From NCBI GenBank assembly GCA_038087875.1, contig CM075996.1, forward strand, positions 9,550,001 to 9,614,000: a stretch of 64,000 nucleotides of DNA. Direction: 5' to 3'. A program made the position numbers and the translations under genes. Origin of the DNA: Malacoraja senta. Taxonomy: Eukaryota. Below, one piece after another: positions 12,131-23,148 of the stretch; positions within the stretch are counted from its first letter, which is position 1, and every line of letters begins with the position of its first letter. The notes below the pieces were generated by a model, which saw only the letters and a program-made list of their open reading frames with translations, ran no database searches and was not told the origin of the DNA.

Positions 12131-14895
12131 TTGTAGCTGGGGTCTTCAAAGCACAAATGGGGGGGGGGTTAGATACAATGGCAAGCCTCTGTTGTCGGTA
12201 CATGCAACTATAAAACACCCTTGACTCTCGACTCCCCTTCTTATCGCCCTCACTGTAGCTGCATCTTATCCGTCAAACTGAGATGTAACCCTTCGTGTTC
12301 CTAATGTGAACTATTAGCTTTGATGGAGAAGTGTGTTTGAGATAAGACTCCATGTGCTTGAGATGGAGCTGTCGGGATAAGATTGTTGAGCAGAAACCTA
12401 TGAACTCAAGGCCACTTCAGACAGCGATTGAAGAAGGGTCTCGACCCGAAATGGGTCTCCACCCATTCCTTCTCTCCAGAGACGCCGCCTGTCCCACAGA
12501 GTTACTCCAGCATTTTGCGTCTGTCTTCAGGGTGAGATGTATGACTGGGAATGCTTCAATGACCTGTGTGGACATGCTGAGGATTACCACAAATACCACT
12601 ATCGTTGATCGGTCTTCACTGCCTTCATCTTACACTGAGCATTACTCAAGTTATTTCCTTATCTCCATCCTTGGAACTGCAGACGCTGGTTTAAACCGAA
12701 GATAGACACAAAATGCTGGAGTAACTCGGCTGGACAGGCGGCATCTCTGTACGGGAGGAATGAGTGACGTTTCAGGTCGAGACCCGTCTCCGCACTGTGA
12801 ATGGCTTGATTGTAATCTTGTATAGTCTATCCGCTGACTGGTTAGCACGCAACTAAAGCTTTTCACTGTAGCTCGGTACACATGACAATGAACGAAACTC
12901 ATAAACCAAACTCAAATACACTGGGGAAGATAGCTGGACACACAATGAGTGCTGATTCTTGCCGAGTTGGTGCTTGAAGCCTGGAGATGGCCGTTTGTAC
13001 GCCAGAGTCTAGTTGCACTAACACAGGGCAGACTGTGTGTGTCCAACCACTGGAGTCATAGAGTGATACAACGTGTAAACAGTCCCTCCAGCCCAACTTG
13101 CCCACACCGGCCAACTTGTCCCATCTACACTAGTCCCTAGCCTCTCTCCATCCCTCCCCCACCCAAGTCGCACCAGCTTCTCGTTTTCACCCAACAAACA
13201 GCTGGCAACGGCCTGTTTCCTTTATCATCGTTACTTTTATGCATATCTTTCATTCATTGTTCTTTATCTCTCTATGTCATCGTCTATATCTCTCGTTTCC
13301 CTGCTCCCTGACCAGCCTGAGGAACGGTCTCGACCAGAAACGTCACCCATTCCGTCTCTCCGGAGATGCCGCCTGTCCCGCTGAGTTACTCCAGCTTTTT
13401 GTGTCTATCTTCGGTTTAAACCAGCATCTGCAGTTCCCTCCTACAACATTTGTCCTGCCTACCCGGGTTTGGCCCAGATCCCTCTAAACCTGTCCTATCC
13501 ATATTTTCTCGTGACGTTTTCACGCGGATGTTGCCAGGACTCAAGAGTCTGAGCTACAGGGAGAGGTTGAGCAGGCTATGTCTCTATTCTTGGGAGCGCA
13601 GGAGGATGAGGGGAGATCTTACAGAGGGGTACAAAATCATGAGAGGATTAGATCAGGTAGATGCACAGAGTCTCTTGCCCAGGGTAGGGGGATCAAGAAC
13701 CAGGCCACTCCCTCTTCTCCCTCACCCATCGGGCAAAAGGTAAAGAAGTGTGAAAACGCACACCTCCAGGTTCACAAACAGCTGTTAGGGTGAAGGGGGA
13801 AAGATTTAATAGGAAACTGAGCGGTAACTTTTTCACGCAAAGGATGGTGGGTTTATGGAACGAGCTGCCGGAGGAGGTAGTTGAGGCTGGGACTATTGCA
13901 ACATTTAGACAGGTACGTGGATAGGACAGGTTTGGAGGCAAGAGGTACAGAAGTGTGGAACGCACACCTCCAGATCCAGGGACAGTTTCTTCACAACTGT
14001 TACCAGGCAACTGAACCTTCCTACCAACAACTAGAGAGCGGTCCTGAACCAATATCCACCTAATTTGGAGACCCTCTGACTATCTTTGATCAGAATGCAG
14101 GTAGGTGGGACTAGTGTAGATGGGACATGTTGGCCGGCGTGGGCAAGTTGGGCCAAGGGGCCTTTTCCCACTCTGTATCACTCTCTGACTATGACATTCT
14201 CCTTAATCAATAAAGGAACGGCCTCTCCTATTTTACTGCTGCCTCCGTCTCTCCTGTAGCATCTCTCCCCTGGACATAGACACAGAAGACTGTGATACAA
14301 CACTTCAGTTCAGTTCAGTTTAGTTTATTGTCACGTGTACCGAGGTACAGTGAAAAGCTGTTGTTGCGTGCTAACCAGCCAGCGGAAAGACAATACATGA
14401 TTACAATCGAGCCGTTTACAGTGTACAGATACATGATAAAAGGAATAACATTTGGTGCAAGGTAAAGCCAGTAAAGTCTGATCAAAGATAGTCTGAGGGT
14501 CTCCAAATGAGGTGGACATTAGTTCAGCACTGCTCTCTAGTTGTGGTAGGATGGTTCAGTTGCCTGATAACAGCTGGGAAGGATCTGTCCCTGATTCTGG
14601 AGGTGTGCGTTTCCACACTTCTGTACCTCTTGCCTGATGGGAGAGGGGAGAAGAGGGAGTGGCCAGGGTGCGACTTGTCTGGTGCAAGGGCTGTGTCTAG
14701 TCATAGAGTCATAGAGTGATACAGTGTGGAAACAGACGCTTCAGCCCAACTTGCCCACGACGACCAACATGTCCCAGCTACACTAGTCCCACCTGCCTGC
14801 GTTTGGCCCATATCCCTCCAAACCTATCCTATCCATGTACCTGTCTAACTGCTTCTTAAATGTTGGGATAGTCCATGCCTCAACTGTGAGACAGG

Positions 14896-16345
14896 ACATG
14901 TGTATGGGCTGTGATATAGGATACATGTACGGGCTGTGATATAGGATGCGTGTATGGGCTGTGATATAGGATACATGTACGGGCTGTGATATAGGATGCG
15001 TGTATGGGCTGTGATATAGGATGTGTATATGGGCTGTGATATAGGATGTGTGTATGGGCTGTGATATAGGATTGTGGGCTGTGATATAGGATACATGTGT
15101 GGGCTGTGATATAGGATGCCTGTATGGGCTGTGATATAGTATGTGTGTATGGGCTGTGATATAGGATGCGTGTGTGGGCTGATATAGGATGCGTGTGTGG
15201 GCTGTGATATAGGATGCGTGTGTGTGCTGTGATATAGGATGTGTGTATGGGCTGTGATATAGGATGCGTGTGTGGGCTGTGATATAGGATGCGTGTGTGG
15301 GCTGTGATATAGGATGCATGTGTGAGCTGTACTGTAAGATACGTGTGTGGGCTGTGATATAGGATGCGTGTATGGGCTGTGATATAGGATGTTTGTGTGG
15401 GCTATGATATAGGATGCGTGTGTGGGCTGTGATATAGGATGTGTGTGTGGGCTGTGATATAGGATGCGTGTGTGGGCTGTGATTTAGGATGCGTGTGTGG
15501 ACTGTGATATAGGATGCGTGTGTGTGCTGTGATATAGGATGCGTGTATGGGCTGTGATATAGGATGCGTGTGTGGGCTGTGATATAGGATGCGTGTGTGA
15601 GCTGTGATATAGGATGTGTGTGTGGGCTGTGATATAGGATGCGTGGGTGTGCTGTGATATAGGATGCGTGTATGGGCTGTGATATAGGATGCGTGTGTGG
15701 GCTGTGATATAGGATGTGTGTATGGGCTGTGATATAGGATGTGTGTGTGGGCTGTGATATAGGATGTGTGTATGGGCTGTGATATAGGATGTGTGTATGG
15801 GCTGTGATATAGGATGTGTGTGTGGGCTGTGATATAGGATGTGTGTATGGGCTGTGATATAGGATGTGTGTATGGGCTGTGATATAGGATGTGTGTGTGG
15901 GCTGTGATATAGGATGTGTGTGTGGGCTGTGATATAGGATGTGTGTGTGGGCTGTGATATAGGATGTGTGTATGGCCTGTGATATAGGATGTGTGTATGG
16001 GCTGTGATATAGGATGTGTGTGTGGGCTGTGATATAGGATGTGTGTGTGGGCTGTGATATAGGATGTGTGTGTGGGCTGTGATATAGGATGTGTGTGTGG
16101 GCTGTGATATAGGATGTGTGTGTGGGCTGTGATACAGGGCACGTGTGGGCTGTGATATAGGATGTGTGTATGGGCTGTGATATAGGATGTGTGTGTGGGC
16201 TGTGATATAGGATGTGTGTGTGGGCTGTGATATAGGATGTGTGTGTGTGCTGTGATATAGGATGTGTGTGTGGGCTGTGATATAGGATGTGTGTGTGGGC
16301 TGTGATATAGGGCACGTGTGGGCTGTGATATAGGATGTGTGTGCG
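14896..16345. repeat. 25-bp minisatellite GGGCTGTGATATAGGATG(T/C)GTGT(G/A)T, ~58 copies
   Basis: Period 25 (GGGCT at 15724, 15749, 15774). Confidence 0.95.
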
Positions 16346-16658
16346 GTCTGTAATACAGGACACGTATGGTCTGTATGGGGACTGAGTCGGGGGCATCAGC
16401 AGCAGCTTGTTAACCAGCTGAGGAGTAACGGCCGTCATGGGAACGACGGCTGGCGGGAGGGACTCACACATCCTTTCATCTTACACAACACTTACCCTCT
16501 GCAATTAGCCCAGCACCCTTCCCACAGAGGCCCAGACCTTCCATCACAGTGGACATTCATGGAGAAGATGATATTGTTCTTCATTTATGCACACACTCTC
16601 TCTCTCTCTCTCTCTCACGTACACACATAAACACCCTTTATTTCTCTTTCTCATCCAC

Positions 16659-17817
16659 ACACTCTCCCCCTCACATAGACACACACTCACACACACACAC
16701 TCACACACACTCACACACACTCACACACTCACCACACACTCACACACACTCCCCCTCACATAGACACACTCACACACACTCACACACACTCACACACACT
16801 CACACACACTCACACACACTCACACACACTCCCCCTCACATAGACACACTCACACACACTCACACACACTCCCCCTCACATAGACACACTCACACACACT
16901 CACACACACTCACACACACTCACACACACTCACACACACTCACACACACTCACACACACTCCCCCTCACATAGACACACTCACACACACTCACACACACT
17001 CACACACACTCACACACACACACACACTCACACACACTCCCCCTCACATAGACACACTCACACACACTCACACACACTCACACACACTCACACACTCACC
17101 ACACACTCACACACACTCCCCCTCACATAGACACACTCACACACACTCACACACACTCACACACACTCACACACACTCACACACACTCACACACACTCAC
17201 ACACACTCACACACACTCCCCCTCACATAGACACACTCACACACACTCACACACACTCCCCCTCACATAGACACACTCACACACACTCACACACACTCAC
17301 ACACACTCACACACACTCCCCCTCACATAGACACACTCACACACACTCACACACACTCCCCCTCACATAGACACACTCACACACACTCACACACACTCAC
17401 ACACACTCACACACACTCACACACACTCACACACACTCCCCTCACATAGACACACTCACACACACTCACACACACTCACACACACTCACACACACACACA
17501 CACACTCACACACACTCACACACACTCACACACACTCCCCCTCACATAGACACACTCACACACACTCACACACACTCACACACACTCACACACACTCACA
17601 CACACTCCCCCTCACATAGACACACTCACACACACTCACACACACTCACACACACTCACACACACTCACACACTCCCCCCTCACATAGACACAGACCTGC
17701 ACACACTCACACACACTCACACACACTCCCCCTCACATAGACACACTCACACACACTCACACACACTCTCACACTCACGCACACTCCCCCTCACATAGAC
17801 ACACTCACACACACTCA
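16659..17817. repeat. (CACACACACT)n array punctuated by CCCCCTCACATAGA
   Basis: Directly visible. Confidence 0.95.
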
Positions 17818-17868
17818 GAGTAAACGGGAAGCAGGATGATATTTTTATATTTTCTCTTTTATTGACAG

Positions 17869-17962
17869 GGAGACGGAAGGAGTCGCCGGGAGGGAAGCCA
17901 AAAGACGACCCGGCTTTGAATCCCAGCAATCCTGATGTCCCTCTACCACGTCCCAGCTCCAA
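17869..17962 (+). CDS. MMP17/25-like, proline-rich hinge exon
   Basis: Polypyrimidine tract + gacag acceptor and gtgagt donor. Phase 1 in and phase 2 out match the flanking exons. Encodes GRRKESPGGKPKDDPALNPSNPDVPLPRPSS. Confidence 0.85.
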
Positions 17963-18242
17963 GTGAGTAACACTGATGATGAGTAAACCCCCACCTCCCT
18001 CTCTCCGGAGATGCTGCCTGAGCCATTTAATGACTCCAGCATTTTGTGTCTATCTACAGAGTGATACAGTGGGGAAACAGGCCCTTCGGCCCAACTTGCC
18101 CACGCCGGCCAACATGTCCCACATGTCCCATCTACACTAGTCCCACCTATAGGCGCTTGGCCTATATCCCTCCAAACCTGCCCTATCCATGTAAGGTCAT
18201 CCAATCCTTTTCTACAGAGATGCTGCCAGTTCCGCTGAGTTA

Positions 18243-18832
18243 AGGGCCTGTCCCACTTGGGCATCATTTACGTGACACCCTAAAACTTGGTTGCGCGTTG
18301 TGGCGCGTGGTGAGGCGTGGTGGCGTATGCAGTGACGCGCGGTAACGCGCGGCGCCCCAGGATTTTGTAATGCTCAAAATCCTCGCTCGCCACCTGCGTG
18401 ACGTATCCCTTGCGCACGTTGACGTACTGATGGTGTACGCTGACGTACTGATGGCGTACGTGTAGCGCGTGGTGACGCATGGTTACGCACGGTGACGCAC
18501 GAACATTGCCTATGCTAATTTATTATGCGTCACCGTGCGTCAACGTCCGTAACCATGCACCGCCCGTACGCCGTCGGCGCGCCATTTGCGCGTCATTTGA
18601 GCGCCGCACCACGTGACCACCCGGGGATTAAGCGCGCGTAGTTTTGACATGGAGATCGGGCTAAGTACGAACGACATCGCAAATGGCTCCCAAAAGAAGC
18701 AGGCTCCGATCAAGAGCACTTGGTGCGCAACTGTCGTACTGCTAGACGATTTTCGCTCGACTGTCGCGCGTCAGTCACTACCGGCCTGCCGAGTAAATGG
18801 CGTGCAAATGACGCCCAAGTGGGACAGGCCCT
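18243..18832. mobile_element. CpG-rich PIF/Harbinger-type MITE
   Basis: TIR AGGGCCTGTCCCACTTGGGC(A/G)TCATTT at both ends. TTA TSD at 18240-18242 and 18833-18835. Splits a Penelope-derived repeat at CTGAG|TTA|CTCCAGC. Confidence 0.88.
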
Positions 18833-19284
18833 TTACTCCAGCATTTTGTGTTTGTCTTCAATGTAAACCAGCATCTGCAGTCCCTTCCTGCACAACACTG
18901 ATGAATGATTGCTGTGGAGATCATCTCTCACTGTCAACATCACCACCAATGTCCATGATATAATAAATAATGGGGAACTGCAACCTTCGACCCAACTTGT
19001 CCACGCCGACCAACATGCCCCATCTTCACTAGTCCCACCTGCCTGCATTTGACCCATATCCCTCCAAACCCATCCTATCCACATACATGTCTAAATGTTG
19101 CAATAGTCCCAGCCTCAACTACCTCCTTCGGCAGCTCGTTCCATAAAACCACCATCCTTTGTGTGAAAAAGTTACAGCTCAGTTTCCTATTAAAACTTCC
19201 CCCCTTCACCCTAACAGCTGTTTGTGAATCTGAAGCGTTTTCACACTTCTATACCTTTTGCCCGATGGGAGAAGGAGAAGAGGG

Positions 19285-19945
19285 AGTGTACCTGTCTAAT
19301 TGCTTTTTAAACGTTGCGATAGTCCCTGCCTCAACTACCTCCTCCGGCAGCTCGTTCCATACGCCCACCACCCTTTGTGTGAAAAGGTTACCCCTCAGAT
19401 TCCTATAAAGTCTTTCTCCCTTCTCCTTAAACCTATGTCCTCTGGTTCTCGATTCACCTACTCTGGGCAAAAGATTCTGTGCGTCCACCTGGTCTATTCC
19501 TCTCATGATCCTATACACTTCTATAAGATCACCCTCTCATCCTCCTGCGTTCCAGGCAATAGAATCCCAGCCTACTCAACCTCTCCCTGTAGCTCACACC
19601 CTCTAGTCCTGGCAACATCCTCGTAAATCTTCCCTGCACCCTTTCTAACAAAACAACATCTTTCCTATAACATGAACGGAACACAATACTCTAAATGTGG
19701 CCTCACCAGCATCTTATACAACTGCAACATGACCTCCCAGCTTCCATACTCACCAGCATCTTATACAACTGCAACATGACCTCCCAGCTTCCATACTCAA
19801 TACTCTGACTGATGAAGGCCAATGTCCCTAAAGCCTTTTTGACCACCTTATCTACCTGTGACGCCACTTTCAAGGAACCATGCACCTGTACTCCTAGATC
19901 GCTCTGCTCTACAATACTACCCAGAGACCCACCATTCACTGTGTA
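19285..19945 (-). mobile_element. CR1-type LINE fragment with an internal 48-bp tandem duplication
   Basis: RTRGHRFK, FTQRVVGVWNELP and DLGVQVH motifs. Confidence 0.8.
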
Positions 19946-20297
19946 GGTCCTACCCTTGTAGTGCTGCCAAATCCACATTTCTCCACAAGTTTATAGATCG
20001 TTACAAACTATGTCATTCTTGGGATCCCACCGTCCCCAGTCAACAATCAGCCTATCAGGGAACCTCCCTACCTGAGGTCATCTGTTGCCGGCCCTGGTTT
20101 TTCCTTGCCTCTAGTTCCTCCCCCCTGCAGTCAGTCCGAAGAAGGGTCCCGACCTCGATAGGTCACCTATCCACATCCTCCATAGATGCTGCCTGACCCA
20201 CTGAGTTACTCCAGCACTTTATGTCTACCAATGTCCATGACATTTGTGAACTTATTATTTAAATCTACTACATTCATATCCAGATCACTAACTTACT

Positions 20298-20352
20298 GGG
20301 GTGGGGAGATTGCAACCTTCACGTGGTCCGCCCTATTTCGACGAATGCAATC
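20298..20352 (+). ncRNA. Predicted minimal HDV-like self-cleaving ribozyme (copy A)
   Basis: P1 GGGGTGG/CCGCCCT with G1-U wobble, P2 GATTGCA/TGCAATC, P3 ACC/GGT, L3 TTCACGT, mini-P4 T(TTCG)A, J4/2 CGAA with catalytic-position C at 20342. The P1.1 G is replaced by A (20335) in this copy. Confidence 0.72.
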
Positions 20353-20441
20353 AACCCGGCGTGCACACACAAAAAGATGAAATAGAACAAGTTGACCCAG
20401 AACTTTAGGCTGTGCACGCCATACGCAAGAAGAAGAAGAAG
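20298..20441 (+). mobile_element. Short non-autonomous retroposon, copy A: HDV-like ribozyme head + 3' stem-loop + (AAG)n tail
   Basis: Homologous end-to-end to 30770-30916(-). Imperfect 11-bp TSD ACTAACTTACT (20287-20297) / ACTAACTCACA (20442-20452). Confidence 0.85.
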
Positions 20442-20687
20442 ACTAACTCACAGAACAAACCATAATAGTAAGATTAAACGAGAACTTACCAGTTTGAAGT
20501 TTGATCTGTATTTTATGAGGAGTTACGATGAGGGATTACGTGAAGAGCCCGTCCAGCACGCATGCGCGACATTCTTCAAAGCAGCGGTGTGGAATCACAG
20601 GAAACACAATAATTGAAATAAACATAGTAAAGAAAAGAAGAACTAAGATACCAGTTGATCTCTATAATTGAGGGTGGGAGCGGAGGG

Positions 20688-20800
20688 CACGTAATCCCTC
20701 ATCGTAACTCCTCATAAAATACAGATCAAACTTCAAACTGGTAAGTTCTCGTTTAATCTTACTATTTTACTTCGGAGTCACGTGAGTGACTACGTGAAGA
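20688..20800. repeat. DIRS internal complementary region (ICR)
   Basis: 20688-20766 is the exact reverse complement of 20464-20542. 20761-20800 is the reverse complement of 25096-25135 with 1 mismatch. Confidence 0.92.
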
Positions 20801-20966
20801 TTTTAAAGCTCTGTGATTTCAAACCGTGTAACAGTTCATACTTCACTCGCTGACGAAGTGTTTCAAGGGAGGAAGTATGTTATCGTAATAAACCATGAAT
20901 TTGTTTGTAAACAATAATGGTATTTATTAAACAATAACAAAAGAAAAATGCTCCCCCGGGCTTAAA

Positions 20967-21953
20967 TTATATATTTGCAGATTCTAAAACTCTTTCTGCA
21001 AATAACACAGGTTCTGCTAGCGGCTTGTTGTAGAACGTTTGGAACGTTTTCTCCATGGACCACCCCGCTGTAGCCAGGATGTGGTCCAGTGGTACGTCCA
21101 TCCTTTTAGCCGCCGATGTGGATGCTGCCCTGGTGGAGTGAGATGTATATACGTCAGTATCTACTCCAGCAGCTCCCAGTACCTGCTTTAGCCACCTTGA
21201 GATGGTTTGGCTCGACACCCGACCATGTGGTTGCTTGTGGCTGACCCATAAGGCTTTTTCTCTCCCTCGGGAATCTCTTGTTGTATTGATGTAAGTGAGT
21301 AAGTGAGTCATGACACACAACCGTAGGTCAGGTGGGTATGCCCGGAAATCCATAACTAGGCCTGAAGTTCCTGGCCTGCTCTGCTTTACCAGCTCCTGAA
21401 TGGTGAATGAGACACGGTCTGGTGTTATAACCATGTTGTCCAGTCGCAGTAAGTGGAGGGACTGGACTCTTTGTGCTGAGACTAGTGGCATCAGCATGAC
21501 CGTTTTCAGGGTTAGCTGTTCCAGGGTGAGAGACCTGGCTGGTGACCATCCCCTTAGGTATGTCAGGACTACAATGACATCCCAGATTTGGGTGAACCTA
21601 GGTCTAGAGGGGTTGGAGTTGAATATACCTCTCATGAGTTTGATCACCAGCGGGTGAGACCCTATGGCCTGTTGTCCTGGTGCCTGTTTTAAGTAGGCTG
21701 ACAGAGCACTTCTGGCAGTATTGATGGCGCTGTAGCTCAGTCCTTCATAATGGTGAAGGCCAGCCAGGAACTCCAGTACATTGGTTATGGTTGTAGATGA
21801 GTACGTTGTCCCAGTATTCGAGCAGTATCTTTCCCACTTCCTGATGCTCGATAGGTATTGTTTCCTGGTGGACATACGGTGGGATGCTGTCATCGTGTTG
21901 ATGGTCCTGTCAGACAATCCCAGGCCCAGCAGTGGTCTTTTCATAACCTGCAA
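20967..21953 (-). CDS. DIRS tyrosine recombinase (328 aa, uninterrupted ORF)
   Basis: Catalytic pattern SAQR...KQSR...HSTRAAS...AGW...FY. N-terminal YSAINTARSALS helix of the phage-integrase-like domain. Confidence 0.9.
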   Translation of the reverse strand: MQVMKRPLLGLGLSDRTINTMTASHRMSTRKQYLSSIRKWERYCSNTGTTYSSTTITNVLEFLAGLHHYEGLSYSAINTARSALSAYLKQAPGQQAIGSHPLVIKLMRGIFNSNPSRPRFTQIWDVIVVLTYLRGWSPARSLTLEQLTLKTVMLMPLVSAQRVQSLHLLRLDNMVITPDRVSFTIQELVKQSRPGTSGLVMDFRAYPPDLRLCVMTHLLTYINTTRDSRGREKALWVSHKQPHGRVSSQTISRWLKQVLGAAGVDTDVYTSHSTRAASTSAAKRMDVPLDHILATAGWSMEKTFQTFYNKPLAEPVLFAERVLESANI

Positions 21954-23148
21954 CCCAGTAGGTTAATTTTGTCATGGCATGGATGACTTATGCCTGATAC
22001 CGGGTGAGTCAATACGTCTGGGCTACTGGGAAAGGTCATAGGAGTTTCGATGACCATGTCGAGGACCACTGGGAACCATGGCTGTGTAGGCCAGTCGGGT
22101 ACTATCAAAATACCTGAAGCAGAGTCCATCTGTATTTTGCGTAGTACCCTACTGATGAGGCAGAAGGGGGGAAAAGCATAAAAGAAATAGTTTCCCCAGT
22201 TCAGCGCGAATGCATCTATCGCTGCTGCCTCAGGGTCTGGTTCCCAAGCGACATACCTGGTGATTTAGTCTGGATGCAAAGAGATCGATATCTGGTGTGC
22301 CATATTGCTTTGTAATTTTAGCAAAAGCTTTAGGATTTAACATCCATTCGGTGTTATCATTGAATTTGTGTGACCTGGAGTCTGCCACTGTATTTAGCTT
22401 ACCTGGTAGGTAAGTTGCTGATAGCCAAATATGTCTATCGACACACCATTGCCAGATTATGTTGACCAAATTGTCACATGATATTGATTATATTCCGCCC
22501 ATATGGTTAATATAGGCCACCACCGTGGTATTATCAATCTGTAAACGAACATGCAAATGGTGCATATTCGTAGAATATGCTTTAAAACCATAAAACGCAC
22601 CCAACATTTCCAAATAATTTATGCCCAGTGTTTGTAGTAAAGATGATTCTAGGTTAGTCCATCTACCACCTGTGCTGGATATGGTATTAGTTGCTCCCCA
22701 GCCTTGAGCACTGGCATCTGTTTGTATAGTTAACGTTGGGTTATTGATGATGATAGGGCTGGAACTATGCCAAATGTGTTCTATCCACCACTGTAACTCT
22801 GATATTGCTTCAATGGGTAATTTCATGGTTCGGTCAAAGTGACCTGCATGTCGTTTTAATGCCTGTACTTTTGCCCTTTGTAGGTTTTGATAGTGCAGAG
22901 GTCCAAATTGTGTAGCTGGAAATGCTTCTACCACAAATCCCAGGGTTTCAAACAATTGTTTGGTAGCTAATACAGCTGATTTAGCCAACTCCATGGTTTT
23001 GCCTACTATTAGGATATCATCAAGATACGCCATGACAATATGTCTGTTTTCTTAATGTTGCCAAGGCTGGTTTTAATATCTTGGTAAATAGTCTTGGGGC
23101 TGATGTTAACCCATTAGGCAACGCTTTATACTGCCATAGTTGCCCCAT
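21941..23148 (-). pseudogene. Disrupted DIRS pol C-terminal part: RT (YLDD), RNase H, N6-adenine methyltransferase-like domain
   Basis: Motifs AYLDD, QTDASAQGWG, INYLEM, IDNTTVVAYIN, DIDLFAS, FYAFPPF and PDWPTQPWFP. Frameshifts near 23045 and 22257, a stop at 22488-22490, and an apparent internal deletion after LGFV. Confidence 0.88.

Noticed and set aside
14783..16471. 562-aa His/Thr/Pro-rich ORF
   Set aside because: Translation of a 25-bp minisatellite that lacks stops on that strand; the period is not a multiple of 3 and overlapping frames are also open.
20967..22345. Prophage integrase or restriction-modification system (bacterial contamination or HGT)
   Set aside because: YR and MT are standard DIRS domains, within an element that has RT, ITRs and an ICR.
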